Part shown: one piece after another, positions 18,975 to 29,646 of the stretch | Numbering within the stretch: position 1 is the stretch's first letter | Layout: each line of letters begins with the position of its first letter | From: Actinomycetota bacterium | GTDB lineage: Bacteria > Actinomycetota > Acidimicrobiia > Acidimicrobiales > SZUA-35 | DNA length: 50,615 nucleotides | Assembly: GCA_039029715.1 (NCBI GenBank) | Contig: JBCCFN010000003.1 | Coordinates: 1-50,615 of the forward strand | Direction: 5' to 3' | Made by a program: the position numbers and the translations under genes | The notes under the pieces: model-generated | Told to the model about the DNA's origin: nothing | What the model saw: only the letters and a program-made list of their open reading frames with translations | The model's database searches: none

Positions 18975-20873
18975 TCAGGCCCGGGGTGGGTCGACGGCGA
19001 TACGGACCCGTTCCTTCGGCCGGTCGGTGCGGGCCAGGACGTCTGCCAGGGCGCCGTGGTTGGGAGCTCGGACCAGATACCGCCCGTCCTGGCGGGGCCC
19101 GAGCACCGAGACCGCCGCCCCGATCTGACCGGTCGGCGCTGCGGTGGCCTCGTGCGCTGCTGTGGTATGCGCTGCTGCGGCCCGGTCCCCACCCGGCTCC
19201 TCGGCTGCGGCCCGGATGGCCGCAGTGAACTCGGCCGCTCCGGCGCCGCCGACCTCGGCCAGGGCTGCGGTCGGAGGAAATCCCAGCGCGGCCCGCAACG
19301 AGCGTTCCTCCTCGACCATCCGGCCGGGATCTGCGGTGAGGGCGGCCCGCAGCGCCCGGTGATCCGGCGACCGGGTCTGGACGACCAGCCGCCCGCCTGG
19401 CCGGCGGCCGCCGATGATCCTGGCCGCCCGGACCAGGAGCCAGAGGGCCTGTTCCGCCGCCCGGTACCGGGGGGCATGGAGCTCCTGGTCGAAGTCGAGG
19501 AACACGACCACATCGGGGTCGATACCTCGGTGGAGGGCGGCCTCGGTCCCGAGCACGAGCCCGCCCCCGTCCGGGCCAGACTCGCCGGCCGTGACCTCGG
19601 TAACCGGCCGACCGACCAGGGCCGCCAACTCCTCGGCCGCTCTGGTCACCCCGAGCCGGAGCCGCTTGAGCGTGGTCCCGGTGCAGACGGCGCACACCAG
19701 CGGGCGGCTCTCACCGGTGCCGGGGTGGACCAGCCGCCGGCCGCCGGTTGCCTCGTCTTCGACCTCCTGCATCAGGAAGGCGCCGTTCTCCGTCCGGACC
19801 AACTCGCCACAGGACGCGCACGCCAGCATCGGCGCCCGACCCTTCCGGTTGAGGACCGCCACTGCGGTTGGCGCGTCCCGGAGCAGCTCGGCGACCCGGG
19901 GGGAGAACAGTCCGGACCGTCCCGGCTCCTCGTCACGGCGATCGACGATCTCGACCGCCGGCCAGCCCCGCCGCTGCTCGGCCCGGGGGGCCCGAATCAC
20001 CCGATCGGCCAACGCAAGCGCGGCCAGCGATGGAGCCGGGCTGACCAGCACGCAGGGGACCCCGGCTCGGCGAGCCCGTTCGACCGCGACGTCCCTGGCA
20101 TGCCAGGTCGGTACCCGCTCCTCCTGGAGCGACTCGTCGTGCTCGTCGAGGACCACCACCGCGTCCAGCGGTGCGGTCGGGGCCCAGACCGCTGACCTCG
20201 ACCCGACGACGACCCCGCCGCCAGGACCGCCGGCCCAGCCGGTCGGCTGATGGTGGACCCGACAGCCGGCCCGAGCCAACCGGCTACCGACCCGCTTGGC
20301 CGGACCGACGCCGGGGACGACGACCAGGGCGTTTCCGAGCGCAGCGGCCCCGAGGGCGAACCGGAACTGGTCACCGGCCGGGCCGACCTCGACCACGGCC
20401 ACCCCCGGGCCGTTCAACGCCTCGGCCACCAGCGGGTCATCGTCGACGGTCACCCGCCGCGGTGGCCGCGGGGCGGCCACCGCCGGGACCATGGTCGGCG
20501 GCGACGCCGTCTTCAGGATGGTGGTGAGCCGGCCGGCCCACCGGTGGGCCGCCCACCGGGCCAGGTCGACCACCTCCGGTGGCGGGCCGACCGACGAGAG
20601 TTTCGTGATGGCCCGGAGGCTGACCCCCGACGGGGGTTCGACATCGATCTCGACCACCCAGGCCGCCACCCGGCGACCATGGAGATCGACCCGGACCAGC
20701 GAGCCGACCGCCACCCGGTCGGCCCAGCGGGCCGGCACGAGGTAATCGAACGCCTTGTCGAGCCCGGACACGTCAGGCAGGACCCGGACGATCCGCTCAC
20801 CGGGGCCGACGGCCACCGGTTCCGGCGGGCGCCGTCCGACCTCGGGGTCGGCGAACAGGCGGGGTTCCGACAC
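18975..20873 (-). CDS. priA: Primosomal protein N' (helicase-degenerate PriA)
   Basis: 3'BD-like N-terminus (FDYLVP), GSRSAVWAP, DEHDES, WHARDVA, SPAPS, LNRKG and VQT motifs; follows metK. Confidence 0.88.
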   Translation of the reverse strand: MSEPRLFADPEVGRRPPEPVAVGPGERIVRVLPDVSGLDKAFDYLVPARWADRVAVGSLVRVDLHGRRVAAWVVEIDVEPPSGVSLRAITKLSSVGPPPEVVDLARWAAHRWAGRLTTILKTASPPTMVPAVAAPRPPRRVTVDDDPLVAEALNGPGVAVVEVGPAGDQFRFALGAAALGNALVVVPGVGPAKRVGSRLARAGCRVHHQPTGWAGGPGGGVVVGSRSAVWAPTAPLDAVVVLDEHDESLQEERVPTWHARDVAVERARRAGVPCVLVSPAPSLAALALADRVIRAPRAEQRRGWPAVEIVDRRDEEPGRSGLFSPRVAELLRDAPTAVAVLNRKGRAPMLACASCGELVRTENGAFLMQEVEDEATGGRRLVHPGTGESRPLVCAVCTGTTLKRLRLGVTRAAEELAALVGRPVTEVTAGESGPDGGGLVLGTEAALHRGIDPDVVVFLDFDQELHAPRYRAAEQALWLLVRAARIIGGRRPGGRLVVQTRSPDHRALRAALTADPGRMVEEERSLRAALGFPPTAALAEVGGAGAAEFTAAIRAAAEEPGGDRAAAAHTTAAHEATAAPTGQIGAAVSVLGPRQDGRYLVRAPNHGALADVLARTDRPKERVRIAVDPPRA

Positions 20874-20908
20874 CGGTGCCGAACTCCCCGCCCCGTCCGC
20901 GTCGGCTG

Positions 20909-22108
20909 CTACAGCCCCAGCTCGGCCCTGAGGGCGTCGGCCCGGTCGGTGGCCTCCCAGGTGAAGGAGTCACCGGCCTCCCGGCCGAAGTGCCCGTAGG
21001 CGGCGGTCCTGGCGTAGATCGGCCGCCGGAGCCGGAGGTCGTCCAGGATGGCGCCGGGGCGGAGATCGAACACGGTCCGGACCGCATCCTCGATCTTCTC
21101 CGGGGCCACGGTCTCGGTCCCGAACGTCTCGACCATGATCGAGACCGGGTGGGCGACACCGATTGCGTAGGCGACCTGGACCTCGCAACGATCCGCGGCG
21201 CCGGCGGCAACCAGGTTCTTGGCCACCCAGCGGGTGGCGTAGGCGGCGGACCGGTCGACCTTTGACGGGTCCTTGCCGGAGAACGCACCGCCACCGTGGC
21301 GGGCCGCGCCGCCGTAGGTGTCGACGATGATCTTGCGGCCGGTGAGGCCGGCATCGCCGACCGGACCGCCGATGACGAACCGACCGGTCGGGTTGACCAG
21401 CACCTGGTAGTCGTCACCTGCGAACTGCTCGGGGATGACGGGCCGGATCACGGGCTCGATCAGGTCCGGCCGGATCATGGTGTCCCGGTCGATGCCGTCG
21501 TCGTGCTGGGTCGAGACCAGGACCGTCCGCAACCGGACCGGCTTGCCGTCTTCGTAGTCGAAGGTGACCTGGGTCTTGGCGTCCGGGCGCAGGTACGGGA
21601 TGGTGCCGGCCCGGCGGACCTCGGCGTGACGCTCGGCCATGCGGTGGGCCAGGTGGATCGGCAACGGCATGAGCACGTCTGTCTCGTTGCAGGCGTAGCC
21701 GAACATCATGCCCTGGTCGCCGGCGCCCTGCTCGTCGTAGGCGTCGCCGGTGCTGGTGCCGCTACGGAGCTCCTCGGACTTGTCGACGCCCTGGGCGATG
21801 TCCGCCGACTGCTCGTCGATGGCCACCATGACCCCACAGGTCTTGCCGTCGAAGCCGTAGGTCTCGGTGTCGTAGCCGATGTTGGTGATCGTCTTGCGGA
21901 CCACGGCCGGGATGTCGACGTAGGCGGTGGTCGAGATCTCACCGGCAACGATGGCCAGGCCGGTGGTCACCATGGTCTCGCAGGCGACCCGGCTGTGGGG
22001 GTCCTGGTCGAGCAGCGCATCGAGGATGGCGTCCGAGATCTGGTCCGCCATCTTGTCCGGATGTCCCTCGGTCACCGATTCGGAGGTGAAGGTGAAGTTT
22101 TTGGTCAC
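20909..22108 (-). CDS. metK: S-adenosylmethionine synthetase
   Basis: [16 protein letters not shown] and GGGAFSGKD motifs. Confidence 0.98.
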   Translation of the reverse strand: MTKNFTFTSESVTEGHPDKMADQISDAILDALLDQDPHSRVACETMVTTGLAIVAGEISTTAYVDIPAVVRKTITNIGYDTETYGFDGKTCGVMVAIDEQSADIAQGVDKSEELRSGTSTGDAYDEQGAGDQGMMFGYACNETDVLMPLPIHLAHRMAERHAEVRRAGTIPYLRPDAKTQVTFDYEDGKPVRLRTVLVSTQHDDGIDRDTMIRPDLIEPVIRPVIPEQFAGDDYQVLVNPTGRFVIGGPVGDAGLTGRKIIVDTYGGAARHGGGAFSGKDPSKVDRSAAYATRWVAKNLVAAGAADRCEVQVAYAIGVAHPVSIMVETFGTETVAPEKIEDAVRTVFDLRPGAILDDLRLRRPIYARTAAYGHFGREAGDSFTWEATDRADALRAELGL

Positions 22109-23310
22109 GGTTCTGTGCTTTCGGTGCCGGGCAATCGGGCGGCGGCGGCATCCAACACCGCTCCGGCGATCGCTGTCTTGTCGGTCAACGGGATCTCCTC
22201 CACCGAACCGTCAGACCCGAGGATCGTGACCGCATTGGTGTCGTGGGCGAACCCCACGCCTGGCGCCGACACATCGTTGGCCACCAGGAGATCGGCGCCC
22301 TTGCGTCGGAGCTTGCCCTCTGCGTTTTCCCTCACGTCGTTGGTTTCGGCGGCGAAGCCGACGAGCACCTGGCCCGGCGGCTTCTCCGACCCCAATCGGG
22401 CCAGAATATCCACCGTTTGCTCTAGAAGGACGGAAGGTGGGCCATCGGCCTTCTTGATCTTCTGAGTCGATACACCCACGGGTCGGAAGTCCGCAACGGC
22501 GGCCGCCATGATCACGATGTCCGCCGTCGGCGAGCGGCCGGTGACCGCATCGAGCATCTCGGCTGCGGTGTCGACCTCGATCCGGGTGATGCCTGGCGAC
22601 GAGGGGCGAGCGGTCGTCGTCACCAACGTCACCGCAGCACCTCGGGCGGCCGCCACCTCGGCCAGTGCGTGGCCCTGCTTGCCGGAGGACCGGTTGGCGA
22701 TGAACCGCACCGGATCGATCGGCTCCCGGGTACCCCCGGCGGTGACCAGCACCGAGCGGCCGGCGAGTGGCCGGTCGGCGAAGAGCCCGACGATGGCGTC
22801 GACCACGGTTGCAGGGTCGGCAAGGCGGCCTTTGCCGATGTCGCCACCGGCCAGGCGACCCTCCTCCGGAGGGACGATCACCACCCCCCGCTCACGCAGG
22901 ACCGCGATGTTGTCCTCGACTGCGGGGTGTTCCCACATCTCGGTGTGCATGGCCGGACACACGACCACCGGTGCCGCGGTTGCGATCAGGGTGGCGGAGA
23001 GGAGGTCGTCCGATCGGCCGGTCCGGAGATCGGCAATGATTCGGGCGGTGGCGGGGCAGACCACGACGGCGTCCGCACCCTGCCCCAGCTTGGTGTGGGG
23101 AATGGGGTCCCGGTCATGCCAGAGGCTGGTCTTGACCGGCTCCGATGCGAGTGCGGTGAACGTGGTCGGGCCGACCATGTGGTGGGCCGCCTCGGTCAGG
23201 ATCGGGGTGACGTGCGCCCCGAGATCGACGAGACGCCGGCAGACCTCGATGGCCTTGTAGGCGGCGATCCCCCCGGAGACCCCGAGGACGATCCGCTTCC
23301 CGTCGAGCAA
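22105..23310 (-). CDS. coaBC: Bifunctional phosphopantothenoylcysteine decarboxylase/synthase
   Basis: [44 protein letters not shown] and GFAAET motifs. Confidence 0.96.
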   Translation of the reverse strand: MLDGKRIVLGVSGGIAAYKAIEVCRRLVDLGAHVTPILTEAAHHMVGPTTFTALASEPVKTSLWHDRDPIPHTKLGQGADAVVVCPATARIIADLRTGRSDDLLSATLIATAAPVVVCPAMHTEMWEHPAVEDNIAVLRERGVVIVPPEEGRLAGGDIGKGRLADPATVVDAIVGLFADRPLAGRSVLVTAGGTREPIDPVRFIANRSSGKQGHALAEVAAARGAAVTLVTTTARPSSPGITRIEVDTAAEMLDAVTGRSPTADIVIMAAAVADFRPVGVSTQKIKKADGPPSVLLEQTVDILARLGSEKPPGQVLVGFAAETNDVRENAEGKLRRKGADLLVANDVSAPGVGFAHDTNAVTILGSDGSVEEIPLTDKTAIAGAVLDAAAARLPGTESTEP

Positions 23311-23320
23311 GACGAGCCGA

Positions 23321-23605
23321 TCAGGCGGCGCTGTCGTCGTCTGGGTCCGCCGCCTCGGCCTCCGGCCGGACCGGCACGATCTTGTCCGCAGCGATCTCTT
23401 CGAAGGCGATGGACAGCGGCTTGCGGGCCACCGAGGTCACCTGCGGCGGGACCATGGCCCCGAGCCCCTCACCGAGCTGGCCGAAATAGGCGTTGATCTG
23501 CCGGGCCCGGATGCTGGCCAGCGTGCAGAGCCCGAACTTGGAGTCCGTCCGATCGAGCAGCTCCTCGATCTGGGGGGTCATCATCGTGTCGTACTGATCG
23601 GCCAT
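23321..23605 (-). CDS. rpoZ: RNA polymerase omega subunit
   Basis: SKF.L...RARQIN and KPLSIAFEEI motifs; GGAGGT SD; gmk-rpoZ-coaBC synteny. A housekeeping -10 (TACACT) also lies just upstream. Confidence 0.95.
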   Translation of the reverse strand: MADQYDTMMTPQIEELLDRTDSKFGLCTLASIRARQINAYFGQLGEGLGAMVPPQVTSVARKPLSIAFEEIAADKIVPVRPEAEAADPDDDSAA

Positions 23606-23662
23606 GGCGGCGTACCTCCGGGGTCGAAGTGTACCGGAAACCGGTCTGGCAACCGTGCCTCC

Positions 23663-23689
23663 CCATCGGCCGACGGGCCGGTTCGATGA
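23663..23689 (-). promoter_or_regulatory. Sigma-28-like promoter upstream of rpoZ
   Basis: Minus strand reads TCAT-cgaaccggcccgtcg(15)-GCCGATGG in the gmk-rpoZ gap. Confidence 0.4.
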
Positions 23690-23716
23690 CCAGCGCGGCC
23701 GATCGGCCGGCAGGGA

Positions 23717-24286
23717 TCAGAGGCCGTTTCGGCCCCGACCGGCCCGGGCCTTCTCTATCGTGGCCCACATCGCCTCGACCGTCTCGTCGATGTCGAAGTT
23801 GGTGATGACCGTTGCCCCGAGTTCGAGGCCGGCATCGGCCTCCTCGGCCGCCTTGGCCAGCCGCTGTTCGACCTTGTGGGGTGGATCGCCCCGGCGCCTG
23901 AGCCGCGTCTCCTGCTCACCGGCGTCCGGGGCCTGCAGGAAGATGAGCAGCGCCTCCGGGTCCTTGTCTATGACCTGACGGGCCCCCTGGACGTCGATCT
24001 CCAGGATGACGTCACGGCCGTCGGTCTCGCCAAGGGTCGGGGTGCCGTAGTAGTTGCCGAGGAACTCGGCGTACTCCAGGAACCCGTCCTCCTCGATCCG
24101 GGCCTCGAAGGCATCCCGGGTCACGAAGATGTAGGCCTCGTCCGACTCCCCCGGGCGCTGCTCCCTGGTGGTCCAGGAGCGGCTCAGCCAGAGTTCGGGG
24201 TAGCGCTCGATCAGTACGTCGACGACGGTGCTCTTCCCGACACCGCCGGGGCCGGACACCACGACCAGAAGTGGTGAGTAGCTCAG
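23717..24286 (-). CDS. gmk: Guanylate kinase (probable CTG start)
   Basis: SGPGGVGKST, SWTTR.QRPGE, YYGT and LEIDVQG motifs. In-frame CTG 24286 overlaps the mihF stop and has GGAGG 7 nt upstream. Confidence 0.93.
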   Translation of the reverse strand: MSYSPLLVVVSGPGGVGKSTVVDVLIERYPELWLSRSWTTREQRPGESDEAYIFVTRDAFEARIEEDGFLEYAEFLGNYYGTPTLGETDGRDVILEIDVQGARQVIDKDPEALLIFLQAPDAGEQETRLRRRGDPPHKVEQRLAKAAEEADAGLELGATVITNFDIDETVEAMWATIEKARAGRGRNGL

Positions 24287-24597
24287 GAGAATGCCTCCAG
24301 GAGTGCGCTCCGCTGTTGCGGGCCGAGGCCGGACAACCGGCGGGACTCGGCGATCTTCAGTTCCTCCATGGTCCGCCGGGCGGTCACCTTGCCGACGCCG
24401 GGGAGGGACTCCAACACCGCCAGGACCTTGATCTTGGCGATGACCGGGTCGGAGTCGGCCCGATCGAGGAGCTCCGGGAGGGTGATCGAACCCATTTTCA
24501 GGCGGTTCTTGACATCTGAGCGAACGCGGCGGGCCTCCGCCGCCTTCTCGAGCGCCGCCTGGCGCTGTTCCGGCGTCAACTGCGGGGGGCTAGGCAT
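24283..24597 (-). CDS. mihF: Actinobacterial integration host factor (mIHF/sIHF)
   Basis: LTPEQRQAALEKAAEARR, LESLPGVGK and ESRRLSGLG motifs; pyrF-mihF-gmk synteny. Confidence 0.95.
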   Translation of the reverse strand: MPSPPQLTPEQRQAALEKAAEARRVRSDVKNRLKMGSITLPELLDRADSDPVIAKIKVLAVLESLPGVGKVTARRTMEELKIAESRRLSGLGPQQRSALLEAFS

Positions 24598-24630
24598 GCC
24601 CGCACCGTATCCGTTGCTCGAGATCCACCA

Positions 24631-25347
24631 CTAACCAAGCGCTCCCAGGAGTTCGGCGGCCGCTGCTGGTGGATCGTCGGCCAGGGTGACGGCCCGCCCG
24701 ATGACCAGCAGGTCCGCCCCCTCGGCCAGCGCCTCGGCCGGCGTGACCGGCATCGGCTGGTCGTGCTGCTCGGCACCGGCGGCCCGAATGCCGGGAACGA
24801 CCCGCATCGTCCGCGGCGACAGTTCGCGGGCGTCCTTGAGGTGGATGCCGGAGCAGACGATCCCACCACAACCGGCCTCGACCGCCAGCCGCAGCCGGTT
24901 GGGGACGATGTGGTCCGGGTAGTCGGCATCAGAGGTGAGGACGGTGATGGCCACCGCCACCGGATCATCGAGGCCGGCGTTTCGGGCCCCGGCGTTGAGT
25001 CCGTCGACCCCGGCCTTGAGCATGTCGGCGCCGCCCTGAGCGTGCATCGTCAGGTACTTGGCTCCGAGGGCACCGGCCACGCTCGCCGCCTTCGACACCG
25101 TGGTCGGGATGTCGTGGAGCTTCAGGTCGAGGAACACGTCGAACCCGTTGTCGAGCATGGTGCCGACCGCGTCCGGGCCGGCCGCGGTGTAGAGCTCCAG
25201 GCCCACTTTTGCCACCCCGAACCAGGGCGACAGCTGCCGGGCCAACCGCACGGCCTCGACGAGATCGTCGACGTCGAGTGCGAGTGCCATCTTCGATCGA
25301 AGCTCCGGCGACAGGCCCGACTGGGCCGCTTCGACTGTCTCTGTCAC
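24631..25347 (-). CDS. pyrF: Orotidine-5'-phosphate decarboxylase
   Basis: LALD, KVG, DLKLHDIPTT, PGIR and VIGR motifs. Confidence 0.95.
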   Translation of the reverse strand: MTETVEAAQSGLSPELRSKMALALDVDDLVEAVRLARQLSPWFGVAKVGLELYTAAGPDAVGTMLDNGFDVFLDLKLHDIPTTVSKAASVAGALGAKYLTMHAQGGADMLKAGVDGLNAGARNAGLDDPVAVAITVLTSDADYPDHIVPNRLRLAVEAGCGGIVCSGIHLKDARELSPRTMRVVPGIRAAGAEQHDQPMPVTPAEALAEGADLLVIGRAVTLADDPPAAAAELLGALG

Positions 25348-25386
25348 GGATGCTCTCCTCTGTCGTGGTGGTTGCTCGACGAGCGA

Positions 25387-26322
25387 TCAGATCCGGGCCG
25401 TACCGACCAGGTCATCGAATCGGGATACCCCTTGATTAGCACACCACCGGCGTAGATCGGTGCCTACCCGGCCAACGGTTCGAGGATCGGCGAAGGACGC
25501 AGTCCCGATCTGGACCGCGTCGGCCCCGACCCGGGCGAACTCGACCACATCCTCGGCCGTTGCGATCCCACCGACCCCGATGATCGGCAGGTCGGGGTTG
25601 GCGGCCCGGACGTCGGCCACGGCCCGAACGGCAAGCGGTCGGATGGCGGGACCGGACACGCCGCCCCGGCCGGCCCCGATGCGGGCCGCCCCCGTGACCG
25701 GGTCGACGGCCAGCCCGAAGTAGGTGTTGACCAGGGTCACCGCTTCCGCCCCGGCGTCGGCTGCTGCGCCGGCGATCGATGGCAGCTCGGGACCGACGTT
25801 CGGGCTCAGCTTGGCCCATCGGGGCCGATTGCAACCCTCGGTGGCGGCGATTACCTCTCCGGTCATCTCGGCCGAATGGGCGAACATGGCGTTGCCGGCC
25901 TCGGTGTTCGGACACGAGATGTTGACCTCGACCGCAATCACCTCCGGCGGCGCATCTGCCAGGGCCTTGGCCGCCAGGCGGTAGTCGTCGACCGTTCGGC
26001 CCCAGATCGATGCGACGACCCGAGCCCCCGCAGCCCGCAGCGCCGGCAGATCGGTGGCCAACCAGGCCTCGATCCCCGGCCCCTGGAGCCCGACCGAGTT
26101 GATCATCCCGGCCGGGGTCTGGTGGACCCGGACCGGTGCGTTGCCGTCCCATGGATAGTGGGCCAAGGACTTGACAACCACCGCCCCGAGGGCGGACAGA
26201 TCGACGTAGGCGCCGAGCTCGGTGCCGTGACCGGCCGTCCCTGCTGCGGTCATCACCGGTGACGGCAGCGTCACCGATCCGATCGTCGCGGTCAGGTCGA
26301 CGGCGCCTCGCCGCATCACCAC
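25387..26322 (-). CDS. pyrD: Dihydroorotate dehydrogenase, class 1 catalytic subunit
   Basis: [25 protein letters not shown] and GVGGI motifs. The start may be 26322, 26319 or 26316. Confidence 0.93.
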   Translation of the reverse strand: MVMRRGAVDLTATIGSVTLPSPVMTAAGTAGHGTELGAYVDLSALGAVVVKSLAHYPWDGNAPVRVHQTPAGMINSVGLQGPGIEAWLATDLPALRAAGARVVASIWGRTVDDYRLAAKALADAPPEVIAVEVNISCPNTEAGNAMFAHSAEMTGEVIAATEGCNRPRWAKLSPNVGPELPSIAGAAADAGAEAVTLVNTYFGLAVDPVTGAARIGAGRGGVSGPAIRPLAVRAVADVRAANPDLPIIGVGGIATAEDVVEFARVGADAVQIGTASFADPRTVGRVGTDLRRWCANQGVSRFDDLVGTARI

Positions 26323-29300
26323 CCCCCGGATCCCGCTTCGGTCTCGGTGACCAGGCCGGCATGGATCGACTGCAGCGACCGGACCCGGAGATCCTGCCGG
26401 GCGAGATCGGCCAACCCGAGCGCAGTTGCTCTCGCTGCCGCCACCGTGGTCAGCAGCGCCACCCCGTTCTGGCCGGCGGACGACCGGATGTAGGCGCCGT
26501 CGGCCCGGGGGCCGCGGCCACGGGGCGTGTTGATGACCATGCTCAGCTCGCCGGCTTCCAGCAGGTCGACCGCATTCGGCCCGTCCTCGTCCAGCCGGTC
26601 GAGCACCCGCTCGACCTCGAGCCCATCCGCCCGGAGCCTGGCCGCGGTCCCGGCGGTCGCGGCCAACCGGAACCCGAGCGAGGCGAGCTGGGCCGCCACG
26701 TCTGCCCCGGCGTCCTTGTCTCGGTCCGCCAGCGACAGGAACACCATCGATCCCGGCGCCGGCAGGCCCATCCCGGCCCCCATCTGGCTCTTGACGAATG
26801 CCAGCCCGGGGGTCAGGTCGATCCCCATCACCTCGCCAGTCGAGCGCATCTCCGGCCCGAGCAGCGCGTCGGTGCCCGGCAGCCGGTTGAACGGCAGCAC
26901 CGCTTCCTTGACCGCCCAGGTCCCGGTGACCGGTTCCGGGGCCAACAGCCCTTCGGCCTCCAGTTCGTCGAGGGTCGCACCGGTCATGACCCGGGCCGCC
27001 ACCTTGGCAAGCGGGCGGCCGGTCGCCTTGGCAACGAACGGGACCGTCCGTGACGCCCGGGGGTTGGCCTCGATGACGAAGACCTCGCCGTCCTTGACGG
27101 CGTACTGGACGTTGAGCAGGCCGACGACGGCCAGCTCCTCGGCCAGCCGGATCGAGTACTCCGACAGTGTGGCGACGGTCGCCGGGTCCAGGGTCGGCGG
27201 CGGGAGGACGCAGGCCGAATCCCCCGAGTGGACCCCGGCCTCCTCGACGTGCTCCATGACCCCGCCGATGATGGTCCGACCGGTCCGGTCACGGACCGAG
27301 TCGACGTCGACCTCGATCGCCGACTCCAGGAACCGGTCGATCAGGACCGGCCGCTCGGCGGACAATCCGCCCTCCCGGCCGAGGGTGCCGGATGCGCCAA
27401 GGGCCTTCATGGCCGAGGCCAGGTCCTCGTCGCCGTAGACCAGCTCCATCGCCCGCCCGCCGAGGACGTAGCTCGGCCGGACCAGCGCCGGGTAGCCGAC
27501 CTCGGCCGCAACCCTGACCGCCCCTTCGACCGTGGTGGCGGTACCACCGGGTGGCTGGGGGATGTCGAGCCGCCGGCAGACCTCGGCCCACTGGTCCCGG
27601 TCCTCGGCGGCATCGATCGACGAGGGCGACGTTCCGAGCACGAGCTCCGGCGGCAACCGGTCGGCCAGCTTCAGCGGGGTCTGTCCTCCGAGGGACACGA
27701 CGATGCCGGCCAGCGTGCCACCCCGGCCCCGCTCGGCCTCGACGATGTTCATCACGTCCTCGAAGGTCACCGGCTCGAAGTACAGCCGGTCCGAGGTGTC
27801 GTAGTCGGTGGAGACGGTCTCCGGGTTGCAGTTGATCATCACCGTCTCGTAGCCGGCGTCACGGAGGGCGAAGCTGGCATGGACGCAGCAGTAGTCGAAC
27901 TCGATGCCCTGACCGATCCGGTTCGGACCGGAGCCGAGGATGATCACGGTGTCCCGGTCCGCCGGCGTGATCTCGTTCTCGTCCTCGTAGGTCGAGTAGT
28001 GGTACGGCGTGCTGGCCTCGAACTCCGCAGCACAGGTGTCGACCGTCTTGAACGTGACGGTCACCCCGTGGCCGATCCTGGCCGCCCGGACCGCGTCCTC
28101 ATCGGCCGGCTCGCCGTCGACTCGGAGCAGGTAGGCCAGCTGGTCGTCGCTGAAGCCGAGCTGCTTGGCCCGGCGCCACTCGGCTCGGGTCAGCGAGTCG
28201 AGCGCTCGACCTTCCAACGCCTGGCGCTCCTCGACGATCACCGACATCTGATCGAGGAACCACGGGTCGATCCAGGTCAGCTCATACAACCGCTCGATCG
28301 AGACACCGGCTCGGAGCGCCGCCTCGACCTGGAAGATCCGGTCCGGGGTTGCCACCTGGACCGCGGCCTCCAACGCCTCGAGGTTCATCTCGTTGAACCG
28401 CTGCTCGACGCTGCTGCCGTTGAGCCCGGTCTGGCCGAGCTCCAGCGAACGACATGCCTTCTGCAACGACTCCGGGAACGTCCGACCGATGGCCATGACC
28501 TCACCGACCGACTGCATCGACGTGCCGAGCACCCCGGTGGTGCCGGGGAACTTCTCGAACGCCCACCGGGGGATCTTGGTCACCACGTAGTCGATGACCG
28601 GTTCGAACGAGGATGGGGTCTTGGCCGTGATGTCGTTCGGGATCTCGTCCAGGGTGTAGCCGACCGCCAGCTTGGCTGCGATCTTGGCGATCGGGAAGCC
28701 GGTGGCCTTTGACGCAAGGGCCGAGGACCGGCTGACCCTCGGGTTCATCTCGATCACGACCTGCCGCCCGGTCTCGGGCTCGACGGCGAACTGGACATTT
28801 GACCCGCCGGTCTCCACCCCGACCCGCCGGAGACAGGCGAACGCAGCGTCCCGCATCCGCTGATACTCGACATCACTGAGGGTCTGGATCGGGGCGACCG
28901 TGATCGACTCGCCGGTGTGGACCCCCATCGGATCGAGGTTCTCGATCGAGCAGATGATGACCTGGTTGTCCTGGTTGTCCCGCATCACCTCCAGCTCGAA
29001 CTCCTTCCAGCCGGCGATCGACTCCTCGATCAGGATCTCGCTGATCGGGCTGGCGGCCAGACCGTTCGAGGCGACCGAGGCGAACTCCTCCATGGTGTGG
29101 GCGATGCCGGTCCCCTTGCCGCCGAGGATGTAGGCCGGCCGGATGATCACCGGGAGGCCGATGTCACCGATGATCCGGTCCGCCTCCTCCATCGAGTGGG
29201 CGACCCCGCTTCTCGGCACCTCCAGGCCGATCTCGACCATGGCGTCCTTGAACCGCTGCCGGTCCTCGGCGGTGGCGATGGCCTCGGCGTCTGCGCCGAT

Positions 29301-29645
29301 CAGCTCGACCCCGTGCTGTCCCAGTACCCCGGCCTCGACCAGCTCCATCGCCAGGTTGAGGGCGGTCTGGCCGCCGAGCGTCGGCAGCACGGCGTCCGGC
29401 TGCTCGGCCTCGATGATCCGACTCAGCACCTCGAGGGTCAGCGGTTCGATGTAGGTCGCATCGGCGAAGTCCGGATCGGTCATGATCGTCGCCGGATTGG
29501 AGTTGGCCAGGACCACCCGGTAGCCGTCCTCCCGCAGTACCCGGCAGGCCTGGGTACCGGAGTAGTCGAACTCGCAGGCCTGGCCGATCACGATCGGGCC
29601 GGAACCGATGACGAGAATGGTCTGCAGGTCGTTCCGTCTCGGCAT
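26316..29645 (-). CDS. carB: Carbamoyl-phosphate synthase large subunit
   Basis: [17 protein letters not shown], two ATP-grasp halves, [10 protein letters not shown] and a C-terminal MGS domain. Confidence 0.98.
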   Translation of the reverse strand: MPRRNDLQTILVIGSGPIVIGQACEFDYSGTQACRVLREDGYRVVLANSNPATIMTDPDFADATYIEPLTLEVLSRIIEAEQPDAVLPTLGGQTALNLAMELVEAGVLGQHGVELIGADAEAIATAEDRQRFKDAMVEIGLEVPRSGVAHSMEEADRIIGDIGLPVIIRPAYILGGKGTGIAHTMEEFASVASNGLAASPISEILIEESIAGWKEFELEVMRDNQDNQVIICSIENLDPMGVHTGESITVAPIQTLSDVEYQRMRDAAFACLRRVGVETGGSNVQFAVEPETGRQVVIEMNPRVSRSSALASKATGFPIAKIAAKLAVGYTLDEIPNDITAKTPSSFEPVIDYVVTKIPRWAFEKFPGTTGVLGTSMQSVGEVMAIGRTFPESLQKACRSLELGQTGLNGSSVEQRFNEMNLEALEAAVQVATPDRIFQVEAALRAGVSIERLYELTWIDPWFLDQMSVIVEERQALEGRALDSLTRAEWRRAKQLGFSDDQLAYLLRVDGEPADEDAVRAARIGHGVTVTFKTVDTCAAEFEASTPYHYSTYEDENEITPADRDTVIILGSGPNRIGQGIEFDYCCVHASFALRDAGYETVMINCNPETVSTDYDTSDRLYFEPVTFEDVMNIVEAERGRGGTLAGIVVSLGGQTPLKLADRLPPELVLGTSPSSIDAAEDRDQWAEVCRRLDIPQPPGGTATTVEGAVRVAAEVGYPALVRPSYVLGGRAMELVYGDEDLASAMKALGASGTLGREGGLSAERPVLIDRFLESAIEVDVDSVRDRTGRTIIGGVMEHVEEAGVHSGDSACVLPPPTLDPATVATLSEYSIRLAEELAVVGLLNVQYAVKDGEVFVIEANPRASRTVPFVAKATGRPLAKVAARVMTGATLDELEAEGLLAPEPVTGTWAVKEAVLPFNRLPGTDALLGPEMRSTGEVMGIDLTPGLAFVKSQMGAGMGLPAPGSMVFLSLADRDKDAGADVAAQLASLGFRLAATAGTAARLRADGLEVERVLDRLDEDGPNAVDLLEAGELSMVINTPRGRGPRADGAYIRSSAGQNGVALLTTVAAARATALGLADLARQDLRVRSLQSIHAGLVTETEAGSGGW

Positions 29646-29646
29646 G

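Noticed and set aside
13435-28985. Scattered non-consensus residues in conserved proteins (SerC NGVI, MetK IEPVI, CarB HTGES and DNQV)
   Set aside because: Each could be natural variation or a base error. They are not interpretable without reads, but they are a reason for caution about the carA, pyrC and aroK lesions.
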